From: an uncultured Treponema sp.
GTDB lineage: Bacteria; Spirochaetota; Spirochaetia; Treponematales; Treponemataceae
Assembly: GCA_946537975.1 (NCBI GenBank)
Contig: CAMNGG010000290.1
Span: 1-57,815, forward strand
Length of the DNA stretch: 57,815 bases
Direction: 5' to 3'
The first letter of the stretch is position 1; each line of letters opens with the position of its first letter. Below the pieces are notes generated by a model. That model searched no databases. It was not told the DNA's origin and was given only the letters and a program-made list of their open reading frames with translations. This document shows, piece after piece, positions 8,318 through 18,102 of this stretch. The translations under genes and the position numbers were made by a program.

Positions 8318-8938
8318 ATGAATGCAGAAATCTTTTGGAATAAAGTAAAGGCTATTCTCTCGGAGCAGGGTAAAAATCAGGAATGGCTTTGCGAAGAGAC
8401 CGGTATTGTTATCGGCACGCTGCGAAACTGGATTTATTATAAGCGTCTCCCGAACATTGATGACGGAACCAGAATCATCGAATCATTCGGGATGACACTG
8501 GAACAGTTCAAGGTTTATCCTGACCATCTGACCGAAGATGTAATCAATATCCCGGTTTACGAGCAGGCTTTTTCTGCGGGACGAGGCCAGGAGCTTCCGG
8601 ATTCTGCTGATATAATTGATTACGTTGCACTTCCATCACATTTGAGAAAATACCGTGAAAACATGTGCGCATCCTATGTCCGCGGTGACTCCATGGAACC
8701 GACCCTTTTTGATAACGACATCATCCTTTACGATAACTTCGGCTACGACGGTACAGACGGAATCTACGCCATCAACTACAGGGGAGCTGCCTTTGTAAAA
8801 CGACTTCAGCGGGATAAAGATTGTGTTCGAATCATTTCTGATAATTCAAAGTATAAAGAAATGCTGGAGGCCGGCGAGAGCCAGGACTTCCGTGTAATAG
8901 GGAAGGTGAGATACGTTATGCATAAGGTGCAGGGGTAA
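8318..8938 (+). CDS. HTH + S24 peptidase (LexA/CI-like) repressor
   Basis: N-terminal XRE-like HTH; cleavage site FSAG; catalytic VRGDSMEP and FVKRL. Confidence 0.9.
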   Translation: MNAEIFWNKVKAILSEQGKNQEWLCEETGIVIGTLRNWIYYKRLPNIDDGTRIIESFGMTLEQFKVYPDHLTEDVINIPVYEQAFSAGRGQELPDSADIIDYVALPSHLRKYRENMCASYVRGDSMEPTLFDNDIILYDNFGYDGTDGIYAINYRGAAFVKRLQRDKDCVRIISDNSKYKEMLEAGESQDFRVIGKVRYVMHKVQG

Positions 8939-8948
8939 CTGATACCCA

Positions 8949-9566
8949 ATGGAAATAACCTACGTAATCCAGAAATCCCGACGACGTTCAATGAGTATCC
9001 AGGTAGCAGATGACAGAAAAATCATCGTAAAAGTGCCGCTGGGAACGCCGACTTTTATTGCAGAAAACTTTATCCGCGAAAAGAAAGAATGGATTACAAA
9101 GCAGCTTGAAAAGGTAAAAAAGCAGTCAGAACTTGCTGATTCCATGGGCCTGCTCACAGAAGAAGACATCATACAAATCAAGAAAAAGGCGAGGGTGGTG
9201 ATTCCGCAAAGGGTAGAGTACTACGCAAAACTGGCAGGGATTTCCTACAAGCGCATCTTTATCCGCCTGCAGAAGTCGCGCTGGGGAAGCTGTTCTGTAG
9301 ACGGAAATCTAAACTTCAACTGTCTTCTGGTACTGAAGCCGCCGGAAATTCTTGATAGTGTAGTGGTGCACGAGCTTTGCCACCGCCGGCATATGAATCA
9401 CTCCCGCGAGTTCTACGAAGAAGTTCTGCGGATTTTCCCGGATTACAAACGTTGTAACAAGTGGCTCAAGCAGAACGGTGGAGCATATTTTAAGTCGGCA
9501 CTCCAGCTGACCAGGAGACTCAAAACACCGGCAATCAGTGCAACTGTAATAACGATTGGCATATAA
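8949..9566 (+). CDS. YgjP/DUF45 (M48/SprT-like) zinc metallopeptidase
   Basis: SRRRSMSIQV; QKSRWGSCS; VVVHELCH; HSREFY. Confidence 0.9.
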   Translation: MEITYVIQKSRRRSMSIQVADDRKIIVKVPLGTPTFIAENFIREKKEWITKQLEKVKKQSELADSMGLLTEEDIIQIKKKARVVIPQRVEYYAKLAGISYKRIFIRLQKSRWGSCSVDGNLNFNCLLVLKPPEILDSVVVHELCHRRHMNHSREFYEEVLRIFPDYKRCNKWLKQNGGAYFKSALQLTRRLKTPAISATVITIGI

Positions 9567-9739
9567 ATGAACTTATTGATCACCGAAATCCCGATTATCA
9601 GAGTTGAAAAAAATGGCATGCAGAAAGTCAGAATATCATTAAACTTATTCGACGCAGATGAGTCTGTAGAATAATAAGTCAGATAAATAGATAAGCTGAT
9701 AACAGCCAAAAAGATTAAAACAGTAATTACGCTTTCCAT
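9443..9739 (-). CDS. Small membrane protein
   Basis: AGGAGG RBS; three hydrophobic segments; 3' end overlaps the convergent peptidase gene by 124 bp. Confidence 0.55.
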   Translation of the reverse strand: MESVITVLIFLAVISLSIYLTYYSTDSSASNKFNDILTFCMPFFSTLIIGISVINKFIYMPIVITVALIAGVLSLLVSWSADLKYAPPFCLSHLLQRL

Positions 9740-9851
9740 AAAAGCCTCCTGTGTAAGGCCGCTGGCGGCCGGTGTTCTATAGCAAACCGTTAAAAAAATG
9801 CGAAAGCATTTTTTAGGTTTACCACATTTGTTTTGTTACTTTATGGCTTTT

Positions 9852-9884
9852 ATTATAAAATGCAAGAGTGCCAGGGAATGGCAC
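9852..9884 (-). promoter_or_regulatory. Class I palindrome-N10-(-10) promoter for the 9739 gene
   Basis: Minus strand GTGCCA-ttccc-TGGCAC-tcttgcattt-TATAAT. Confidence 0.7.
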
Positions 9885-9912
9885 TGTAAAAATATCTTCG
9901 AAAAATTTTACA

Positions 9913-9945
9913 GTGTCATTATTTGACATTGATGTGTGCTATAAT
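9913..9945 (+). promoter_or_regulatory. Class I palindrome-N10-(-10) promoter for the addBA-like operon
   Basis: GTGTCA-ttatt-TGACAT-tgatgtgtgc-TATAAT; AAGGAG RBS at 9957-9962. Confidence 0.7.
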
Positions 9946-9969
9946 ATAAGCACAATAAGGAGCCCATGG

Positions 9970-12699
9970 ATGAAAGTTTTTTATAATCCTTCGTATGATG
10001 GTTTTGTTTATTATGATTTTTCAAAAACGAACATTGCGTTTGATACTATTGTTTGTAATACCAGGTCGCTGGTAGATTTGCTTGAACTTCATGCAGGGCT
10101 TCATATTCCTGTTGCTTCTGATTTAGAGCGAACTCTGGATTATTACACTGCAATCAAAAATTATAGCAAAACAAATCCGGATCACCTTTTTGCAAAATCT
10201 TTTGAACGCGACGGAATTAATACTGCGAAAGAATGTCTTAAATGGCGCGATGCCATGCTACTTGCTGGCTGGGTGCCTGGAAATAATGATGTTTCTGAGC
10301 GGATGAAAACTCTTGCAGCAATAGAGCAGACCTTTAATTCTTCTTCCTTTGGTGAAAAACTTTTGCAGATTACAAAGGCTGTGAAAGAGGGCTGTGCTCT
10401 TCCTGAGGATTTAGAAATCATCACTCCGTTTGATTATCACTGCTTCCAGCCAGCAGAGGTTGAACTTTTAAAAGCAATTGGCGAAGAGCATGTTCATGTA
10501 AATTCAGAACTCCCTGCAAACAAAAACTTTCTTCGCAAGATGTCAGAAGTTTTGAAAGACAACAAATCAGATAAACTCACACTGGAAGAAAACGATGGCT
10601 CTGTTGAACTTTTGGAATTTGAAAACATAAATGACTCACTCCAGTATTTAAGCCAGCTTCCGGTTGATCAATATTCAGTATGGATTAATCGTGATAACCG
10701 AGCTTTTGATAGCTGGCTTAGTTATCTTAATAAGCCGACCTGCGGTGCAAGTGACAAAGGTGTGAGTCAGATTTCTGAATTGCCTTTGATTGGACTTGGC
10801 ATATTTTCTCGTCCTTTGAATCTTACATCTCTTATCAGCTGGCTATCTGTTCCATTTAGTCCGCTCAGTTTTAAGTTTCGCGATGACCTTATAAATACCA
10901 TAGTAGGGGAGGGCGGATATTTTAATGAAGCCTGCAGAACGCTCCTCGATAAAGCAGAAGATTATGATAAAGATAAAATCAAATATTTCCTTCCGGATAT
11001 AAACAAACCGAAAGAAGCAATCAGTCAGAATGAAAAAAATAAAAAGACTACAATTGTTGAATATGTTGCAGAGCTTTCAAAATGGATTTTCAATAAGACT
11101 CAAGATGAAAAACTGAATGATGCACATATAGTACAATTACAGGGTGCTTTATCTACCTGTGCTGCAATGAAGAAGATTCTTGATATTTTTGATGAGGAAG
11201 AAATTTCCTTCGAAGATTTGATTTTAGTTTTTGATTCTCTTTCTACAGAAATTGAAATGGAAATCAGCCAGGCAAACAAAGGCTGCCAGAACATTATTAA
11301 ATCAAGTGCAAATTATGCAAGTCCTGCAAAGTCTGCTATCTGGTGTGATTTTTATAATCCAGATGAAAGAGAACTTACTTATTCTTTCCTGTCGCCTGCA
11401 GAAAAGGCGGCTCTTAATGCCGGTCTTTGGCAGGAAGATAATGAACGTGAATATATTCGCTTGAATAAATATCTTCCTTTTATTTATACAGAAGAAAAGC
11501 TTACTCTTGTAACTGTAAAAAAGAGTGGAACAAAAGATGCAGTAAAAGAGCCGCTTATAATACGGCTCGAAAAGAATATGGGTAAAGATGAGAAGGGCAA
11601 GGATATTATAGAGCGCTATATCAAGCATGTATCTCTTGCTGATATTCCTGGAGTGAAGACAGAAGAGCTTCCTCAGATAAATAACCGTCATCAGGCAGTG
11701 GATGGAACAATCACTTTTAAGCGTACAGACCTGGTTCATTTCCGTGAAGTTGAAAGCTTTAGCGCAATTTCAAATCTTATAGATTATCCTTTTGATTATG
11801 TCTTTGACAAAATCATTAATCTGCAGAAGAAAGGAGCTGCGGCTCTTTCTGCAGTTTACACAACAAAGGGAACTGTAGCCCATGCAATTATTGAAGAACT
11901 CTTTAATCCAAAGCATGGTGGCTGCCCAGAAGATATTGCAAATCAGATAAAGAACAACTACGAAGAAGTGTTCAGTCAGAAAGTACTGGAATCAGGAGGC
12001 ATCCTTTTACAGTCAGAAAATCTTTCAGAAACAGCTATCTTCAAAGAACAGATGGGGGAGTGTGTAAAAGCTCTCTTAAAACTTATACAGGAAAACGGAC
12101 TCAGAGTTGTAGCTTGTGAACAAAAGCACGAAAAAGTGGACCTGCCGGAATTTTCAAAGCACAAAATAACTTTCAGCGGAAGCATCGACATGGTACTGGA
12201 AGATTCTGCAGGCCAGCCTGTAATCTTTGATTTTAAGTTCTCTCCATCAGAAGCAAAGTATCAGGACTGGATAAGAGAAAACCGCTCAATGCAGCTGGCC
12301 TTGTATAGAGGATTAGTCTTCAAAGCAACTGAGAAACATGCAAAAGCAGCAGCTTATGTTCTTCTTCCTGATGTAAAGGTTATTACCGCAGATGACTTAC
12401 AGGGAGCAATCTTTAAGACCTATGTTGATGTAAACAGGACTGGCAATCTGCTTAAAGAAATGAGTAATTCTTATGCCTTTAGAAAAAATCAGATTATGCA
12501 GGGAATTATTGAAGATGGAGAAGGTGTGGAATATCCATTTATTAATGGAAAGCCTGTTTCTCCTTCTATAGATTATGCAGATTCGACAGAAGATCAGGCT
12601 CTTGTTCCTATGGATATGGAAACTCATCCACGTAATAAAACCTGGAACAAGAAACAAAACAAATACAGTAATTACAATACTTTCAAGGCAGGTAAATAA
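9970..12699 (+). CDS. AddB/RexB-like protein: degenerate helicase scaffold + C-terminal PD-(D/E)XK nuclease (start reassigned to ATG 9970)
   Basis: KGTVAHAIIEELF; GSIDMVLED...IFDFK; QLALY; no Walker A; TAATG overlap with the next gene. Confidence 0.8.
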   Translation: MKVFYNPSYDGFVYYDFSKTNIAFDTIVCNTRSLVDLLELHAGLHIPVASDLERTLDYYTAIKNYSKTNPDHLFAKSFERDGINTAKECLKWRDAMLLAGWVPGNNDVSERMKTLAAIEQTFNSSSFGEKLLQITKAVKEGCALPEDLEIITPFDYHCFQPAEVELLKAIGEEHVHVNSELPANKNFLRKMSEVLKDNKSDKLTLEENDGSVELLEFENINDSLQYLSQLPVDQYSVWINRDNRAFDSWLSYLNKPTCGASDKGVSQISELPLIGLGIFSRPLNLTSLISWLSVPFSPLSFKFRDDLINTIVGEGGYFNEACRTLLDKAEDYDKDKIKYFLPDINKPKEAISQNEKNKKTTIVEYVAELSKWIFNKTQDEKLNDAHIVQLQGALSTCAAMKKILDIFDEEEISFEDLILVFDSLSTEIEMEISQANKGCQNIIKSSANYASPAKSAIWCDFYNPDERELTYSFLSPAEKAALNAGLWQEDNEREYIRLNKYLPFIYTEEKLTLVTVKKSGTKDAVKEPLIIRLEKNMGKDEKGKDIIERYIKHVSLADIPGVKTEELPQINNRHQAVDGTITFKRTDLVHFREVESFSAISNLIDYPFDYVFDKIINLQKKGAAALSAVYTTKGTVAHAIIEELFNPKHGGCPEDIANQIKNNYEEVFSQKVLESGGILLQSENLSETAIFKEQMGECVKALLKLIQENGLRVVACEQKHEKVDLPEFSKHKITFSGSIDMVLEDSAGQPVIFDFKFSPSEAKYQDWIRENRSMQLALYRGLVFKATEKHAKAAAYVLLPDVKVITADDLQGAIFKTYVDVNRTGNLLKEMSNSYAFRKNQIMQGIIEDGEGVEYPFINGKPVSPSIDYADSTEDQALVPMDMETHPRNKTWNKKQNKYSNYNTFKAGK

Positions 12700-15600
12700 T
12701 GAATCACGTTACATATATAAGTGCCGGTGCCGGTAGTGGAAAGACTTTTACATTAACTTCAATTCTCGCAGATTTAATCATAAAAGAAAAAGCAACTCCA
12801 GAGCAGTTTATTCTTACAACCTTTACAGAGGCCGCAGCAGCTGAGTTTAAGGAAAAAGCAAAAGCAAAAATCTATGAACAGCAGCAGACTCCGCGCTATG
12901 CAGAATATGCAGAACGTCTGGACCAGGCAATGATTGGAACTGTAGACAGTATTGCCTATGCCTTTGTTCAGAAATACTGGTATCTTCTTGGAATCAGCCC
13001 TAACTTAAAGATGATAGATGATGAGCAGAAGAAGTTCTTCGTTGGTCAGATTCTGTCTTCAATTGCAACTCAGGATGAGACTGCCTTTTTAAAGGATTTT
13101 TGCGAACAGTTTGGCATTGGCTTTGAATGGAGCGAAAACAAGTTTGGCCTTAATTATGACTTTTGGAAAGAAGATGTAAAAGAAATCTTTGAAAAAGCAA
13201 AAAGCTATAATGTAAAAGATTTAAAAGCCAGCCGTGAAAAATCTCTGGCCTTTGCAAAGGAGCTTTCTGGGTTCTGGACTCTTAATTATGATGTCGAATT
13301 GTTCAGGGATTTGATGGAAGAAATTAAGAGCATAGATGCCGGACAAAGCCGAAAATCAGCAACACGAACGGCAGACATTAAAAAGTATTCTTTTATTCTT
13401 TCGAAGAAACTTACGATAAAAGATCTCGCCGGATTCAGAACTTTCATTGACGGATTGCCTCAGGCTTTCCAGAGCAGTCAGCTCCGTCAGGCAGCCTTAG
13501 ACAGCCTCAATCATCTTTATACAAATAATACAGTTAGCGAGCTTATCCTAAAATATATTAATCTCATTTTTGATTATGTAGAAAAAGCCCAGACTGCTTT
13601 TGAAGAATATAAAGACAAGCAGCATCTCATAGATTTTACAGACATGGAGGCCCGCTTTGTAGAACTTTTGGATAAAAAAGAAGTTCAGGACGATATTCGT
13701 AATACTTATAAATATGTATTTGTTGATGAGTTTCAGGATAGTTCTCCAATCCAGGTTCAGATTTTCGATAAGCTTTCAGAAATTGTTGGTTCTGATGAAT
13801 GTGATGATTTAATTGTGCCAGTAGGAGAGGGAGAAGATATTCGCGATTTCCATACTCACAATAGTATCTGGGTTGGCGACTTTAAGCAGGCTATCTATGG
13901 TTTTCGTGGAGCAGATACGGATTTAACAAAAGCTGTTGCAGATATCATTGCTAAGAAGCAGGCAACAAATCCAAAACAGTTTAAGATTCATTCTCTCGAA
14001 AAGAGTTATCGATCTCTGGAAGATATTGTTGGTTTTACAAACGATGTATTTGTTCCGGCTTTTGCAGACGTTCTTTCAAAAGAGCAGGTTGAATTACAGG
14101 CTTATCGTGGAAATCCAGAAAAAATCCAAAGCCTTAGATGCTGGAAACAGAATGGATCAAACGCAGACGGCCGAACAGAAAATCTTGCATCTCAGATTGC
14201 AAAGCGAATCAAAGATGGTGAAGAACCATCAGATTACGCAGTTCTTGCAAGAGGGAATTCCGAACTGGATAAACTTTCTGAAAAACTGAAGGATTTGAAT
14301 ATCTCTGTTTGCCGCGAACTTGCAATAGACGAAAATAGAGATGAACTTACATTACTTTCTGCATTCCTCAATCTTGTTATAAATGATAAGGACAATTATT
14401 CCAGAGCTCTTGTGGCCTTCCTTTCTGAAGAAGGTTTTGATGCTGGAAAAGTTGTAGATACAAAGCTTGAGTTTAATAAGATTTTCAAAGAAGCAAAAGA
14501 AAAAGCCGAGGCTGCAGGTGAAACAAATCCAGTTTTACCGACTTATCTTGTAAAAAATCAATTGATAAAAAAGTTCATGGAAAATATATCTTTCTATAAA
14601 GTTCAGACAATTCATAATCTGGTAGAAAGTTTGATCATAAGCTTGGATTTGTATTCTGTAGGTCGCAGCTGGAAAGATGTTGCCGGAACTGACGAAGCAT
14701 TTAATGCCCTTATAGAGGCTTCATATGATTATGAAGAGCGTTGTATTCAGGCAGGTCTGCCGCCAACTATCAACGGCTATATTGATTATTGTAAAGAAAA
14801 TGCAAAATCTTCTGGTTCAAAAAATGGAGTTACCCTTACGACTTTCCATGGCTCAAAAGGTCTGGAATGGAAAAAGGTAATTCTCCTAGGATTGGACAAA
14901 GATGCAGAAGATGAGAAGAGCATTTTCAAATACGATGTATTTGGAGTGCAAAAGTATCACGAAACAGCTCCTTCGGAAACAGATTTATATCCGCCAATGA
15001 TAATCAATCTTATGCCAACTCTGTTTACAGGAAATACAAATGTAGCAGATGATATGGCAGAAAAGATAAAGGATGCACAGCGTTATAAAACAATCTGTGC
15101 CACTTCAAAATCAGAAACAATCCGACTTCTTTATGTTGCAATTACCCGTGCTAAAGATCAGCTCATTCTTACAACAGAAGGAAAAGATAAAGCCCTAAGC
15201 ATTTTCAAATGCTTGGGCTGTAATGTTGCGGATAATTACAATTTCGAAGCGGATAAAACAATTGATTTATTCAATAATAAACATCCTTTCTTGTATGAAG
15301 AAAAACAGCTGGCTGACGGGGAAAGCATAGAAGCCCGTGCAAATCTAAGATATGTTTTGAACTCAAATCCAGAAACTGCAAAAGAAAATCGCGACATGCA
15401 GCCAAGCAAGGTTCCAGCAAATAAATCTGTAAAGGCAAAAGAACTCTTCTGTTCTGGGAAAAGAATCACCATAAAGGCTGGGGCAGGAGAGTATGATAAA
15501 GTGGGAACTTGTATTCACGATGTATTTGCATCTTTAGAAAATAACAAAACAATAGAATACGTTTCTTCCATTATGAAGAACTCAGGAATGGAAGCAAAAA

Positions 15601-15962
15601 TCCCTAATCCGGCAGAAATACTTGAAGCCTGGGATAATCTGAAAGAATACCTGACCAAAACATACGGCAAAGGAAAGACATTCCACGAAGTTCCTTTCAA
15701 GCATTTTGATAACGGCCAGATTTACACCGGAAGCATCGACTTAATATGGGAAACAAATGATGGGGTAGTGCTGATAGATTTTAAATCATTCCCGGGAACA
15801 AAAGATGATGTACTTGATCCAGGCAACCCTCATTATGCTGGAATCTATTCCGGCCAGTTTGAATGTTACGAGCGTGCCTTAACGGCAGCCGGAAAGAAAG
15901 TTCTTGCGAAAGTGATTTACTATCACGTGCTGGGAACAGGTGTAGAACTTTTTTATGAATAA
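12699..15962 (+). CDS. AddA-like UvrD/SF1 helicase with C-terminal RecB-type nuclease
   Basis: AGAGSGKT; FVDEFQD; VGDFKQAIYGFRGA; TFHGSKGLEW; LLYVAITRAK; GSIDLI...LIDFKS. Confidence 0.9.
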   Translation: MNHVTYISAGAGSGKTFTLTSILADLIIKEKATPEQFILTTFTEAAAAEFKEKAKAKIYEQQQTPRYAEYAERLDQAMIGTVDSIAYAFVQKYWYLLGISPNLKMIDDEQKKFFVGQILSSIATQDETAFLKDFCEQFGIGFEWSENKFGLNYDFWKEDVKEIFEKAKSYNVKDLKASREKSLAFAKELSGFWTLNYDVELFRDLMEEIKSIDAGQSRKSATRTADIKKYSFILSKKLTIKDLAGFRTFIDGLPQAFQSSQLRQAALDSLNHLYTNNTVSELILKYINLIFDYVEKAQTAFEEYKDKQHLIDFTDMEARFVELLDKKEVQDDIRNTYKYVFVDEFQDSSPIQVQIFDKLSEIVGSDECDDLIVPVGEGEDIRDFHTHNSIWVGDFKQAIYGFRGADTDLTKAVADIIAKKQATNPKQFKIHSLEKSYRSLEDIVGFTNDVFVPAFADVLSKEQVELQAYRGNPEKIQSLRCWKQNGSNADGRTENLASQIAKRIKDGEEPSDYAVLARGNSELDKLSEKLKDLNISVCRELAIDENRDELTLLSAFLNLVINDKDNYSRALVAFLSEEGFDAGKVVDTKLEFNKIFKEAKEKAEAAGETNPVLPTYLVKNQLIKKFMENISFYKVQTIHNLVESLIISLDLYSVGRSWKDVAGTDEAFNALIEASYDYEERCIQAGLPPTINGYIDYCKENAKSSGSKNGVTLTTFHGSKGLEWKKVILLGLDKDAEDEKSIFKYDVFGVQKYHETAPSETDLYPPMIINLMPTLFTGNTNVADDMAEKIKDAQRYKTICATSKSETIRLLYVAITRAKDQLILTTEGKDKALSIFKCLGCNVADNYNFEADKTIDLFNNKHPFLYEEKQLADGESIEARANLRYVLNSNPETAKENRDMQPSKVPANKSVKAKELFCSGKRITIKAGAGEYDKVGTCIHDVFASLENNKTIEYVSSIMKNSGMEAKIPNPAEILEAWDNLKEYLTKTYGKGKTFHEVPFKHFDNGQIYTGSIDLIWETNDGVVLIDFKSFPGTKDDVLDPGNPHYAGIYSGQFECYERALTAAGKKVLAKVIYYHVLGTGVELFYE

Positions 15963-15994
15963 TATCATTAAATGATATTCTAAGCGGTTATATT
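15962..15994 (+). promoter_or_regulatory. Class I-variant palindrome-N10-(-10) promoter
   Basis: ATATCA-ttaaa-TGATAT-tctaagcggt-TATATT upstream of the AGGAGG RBS of the 16019 gene. Confidence 0.55.
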
Positions 15995-16018
15995 GTACCT
16001 CAGAACAGGAGGTGCTTT

Positions 16019-16354
16019 ATGATCAAGTTCTTAGTTATTGTTTTTCTTGTAGTATTCGTAATCCCATCTATGATTTTTTCTCTCTGGTCATATTTTGATC
16101 AGAAGAAGAAAGCAAAAAATCCAAGGGCTCAACCTCGCCCGCAAAATCTCACCTATGCCCAAATGATGGCTCTGCTAGAACCAGATGGGCTTCAGTCACT
16201 TAATCGTAAGGAAGCTGAGTCTCAGTCTGTAACTCAGCCGGTTACAGAACCTGTTCCAAAGCCAGCTCCACACCGCGTAGAAGAGCAGGCTGAAGTTAAA
16301 AGTGCGCCTCATGAAGTTCAGACAATTCTTCTTAAGAGAGAGATTTATTACTGA
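16019..16354 (+). CDS. Small membrane-anchored hypothetical protein
   Basis: AGGAGG RBS; N-terminal hydrophobic helix; Pro/Gln-rich linker. Confidence 0.65.
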   Translation: MIKFLVIVFLVVFVIPSMIFSLWSYFDQKKKAKNPRAQPRPQNLTYAQMMALLEPDGLQSLNRKEAESQSVTQPVTEPVPKPAPHRVEEQAEVKSAPHEVQTILLKREIYY

Positions 16355-16411
16355 TGGAGTGGTAATTTATTCAAAATGGCCTCGTTATATTTTATAGCCA
16401 CCCGAATCACA

Positions 16412-16444
16412 GTGCCGTTCATTGGCACCCTTGCATTTTATAAT
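16412..16444 (+). promoter_or_regulatory. Class I promoter for exonuclease copy 1
   Basis: GTGCCG-ttcat-TGGCAC-ccttgcattt-TATAAT. Confidence 0.7.
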
Positions 16445-16476
16445 GTAAATCAGAAAGCTGAAAAAGGGGGCCTTTT

Positions 16477-17472
16477 ATGAGAAAAGACGACATTCTGGAT
16501 GTATCAAATGCTTATTCCTATAAACTTGATTTGAGTAAAATTAAGCAGGATCTGCCGAAAGCTTCTAAGAAGCACAAGGCACCTGCCAAACGCTTTGTAT
16601 GCATCGACCTGGAAATGACAGAATTTACGGCATCTCAGAGAAGCTGTGTTCCGGGAGCAAACGGCGAAGTTATTCAGTTTGGTGCAGTATTGCTGGACGA
16701 AAACTATAACCTGCTCAGCGAGTTTTCTTCTTATGTAAAGCCTGTTTACAGTTCAGTTAATCAGCGGATTAATCAGCTTACTGGCATTTCAAATCAGAAG
16801 CTTGAAAAGGCAGATGACTTTATAACTGTTTTCGACAAGTTCTGTTACTGGCGTGGGGAAGGGGATATCATAACCTTCTGCTGGAGCAAGTCTGATTTTA
16901 ATCAGCTTTGGAGCGAGCTTGAAGCAAAGGGAAAGCATCGCTACGACCTTTTTGCAACCTTACAGGATTTTGTAGATTTGCAGAATATCTTTGGAAAGCT
17001 TATTTCATCAAAGACATCAGTTGGCCTGGAATCAGCAATGAAACTTCTTCAGATGGAGTACAAAGGCCAGGTTCACACAGCCTTGAGCGATTCTTACAAC
17101 ACGGCCCGCATCCTTCATAAGCTTTTCTGCACAGAAAGCCTCGAAGTTGATTTTGAATACATCAATCCATCAAAAGAACCCCCAGTAAATCAGAAGGGAG
17201 AGGAAGAATATAACTGTTCATTGGCAAGCTTCCTTTCGCCAGAACTTTTGTCACAGTTTGGTTATACAGGAGCCTCACAGGAAGAAGAAGCAGAAGAAAA
17301 TTCCATCGAGAATATTGCTGAAGATTTGCAGCTTTTGGAAGCATCCCCGCTTGCCGGCCTTATTAATAATGAAGAAATTACTAACCTTTGTTCAAAATAC
17401 AATATCGAGGTTCAGAGCTGGCTTAAGCTGGCAACTGAAGTTATGAATACTCAGGAAATGCAGGTTGCATAA
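16477..17472 (+). CDS. DEDDh 3'-5' exonuclease (KapD/ERI-1-like) with acidic C-terminal extension, copy 1
   Basis: CIDLEMT; EVIQFGAV; WSKSD; HTALSDS. Confidence 0.88.
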   Translation: MRKDDILDVSNAYSYKLDLSKIKQDLPKASKKHKAPAKRFVCIDLEMTEFTASQRSCVPGANGEVIQFGAVLLDENYNLLSEFSSYVKPVYSSVNQRINQLTGISNQKLEKADDFITVFDKFCYWRGEGDIITFCWSKSDFNQLWSELEAKGKHRYDLFATLQDFVDLQNIFGKLISSKTSVGLESAMKLLQMEYKGQVHTALSDSYNTARILHKLFCTESLEVDFEYINPSKEPPVNQKGEEEYNCSLASFLSPELLSQFGYTGASQEEEAEENSIENIAEDLQLLEASPLAGLINNEEITNLCSKYNIEVQSWLKLATEVMNTQEMQVA

Positions 17473-17482
17473 GGGGTAGGAT

Positions 17483-17779
17483 ATGGGAGTTTTCATTCTT
17501 TTAATATTATTCGTTGGTATTGTTGTGATTCTTGGTAAGGCAGGTAGTAGCGGAAAAAGCAGCTATCATAGAGGATATGCACGGGCATATGATTACGAAG
17601 ACTATGATGAATATTCCGATTCCGAAACTAGAGCTGCTCGAGGGGAGAGGGATTATTTTTCTGATGATCCTTCAGATGATTATAATTCCTATTATGCTCA
17701 GGTTGAAGATGATGCAATTATGGGAGATCGCGATGCTATGGATGAAATGTACGGAGAGTTTGGAGCAGGGGAGTGGTAG
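17483..17779 (+). CDS. Small membrane-anchored acidic protein
   Basis: 10 bp after the exonuclease stop; N-terminal TM helix; Asp/Tyr-rich tail. Confidence 0.6.
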   Translation: MGVFILLILFVGIVVILGKAGSSGKSSYHRGYARAYDYEDYDEYSDSETRAARGERDYFSDDPSDDYNSYYAQVEDDAIMGDRDAMDEMYGEFGAGEW

Positions 17780-17807
17780 AGTCTACCTTTTATACAATTT
17801 GTATCTC

Positions 17808-18089
17808 TTAGAGTTTTTTTGCCTTCTCCAGACACTCTGCAAACCTCGATTTCCCATCATAAGGATATTTTTCCAGAAGCTCCTTGTGACAACGAATACA
17901 ATCTTGTATATCGAGCAGCTGAGCATAATAAGTCCAGTCTCCAGTCAGGACTGCGTTCCGCTGCAGTAAGAGAGCCTTCTGCCTCAGATAAACAATATCT
18001 TGTTTTACTGCTCTTACTTCATAAGTTGATTCGATTGCTTTAATTTTATGCACGGATTCTAAATCGTGGATTTCATCAATTTCACTCAT
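17808..18089 (-). CDS. Hypothetical protein, last gene of the surface-protein operon (start at ATG 18089)
   Basis: GAGGGGAG RBS just after the LRR gene stop. Confidence 0.55.
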   Translation of the reverse strand: MSEIDEIHDLESVHKIKAIESTYEVRAVKQDIVYLRQKALLLQRNAVLTGDWTYYAQLLDIQDCIRCHKELLEKYPYDGKSRFAECLEKAKKL

Positions 18090-18102
18090 TATAATTCTCC
18101 CC

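Noticed and set aside
544-9739. Integron cassette array
   Set aside because: No intI, mixed gene orientations and no recurring attC-like element between genes.
9868-9969. N-terminal extension of the 943-aa ORF from GTG 9868
   Set aside because: The region contains the divergent promoters and an RBS pointing to ATG 9970.
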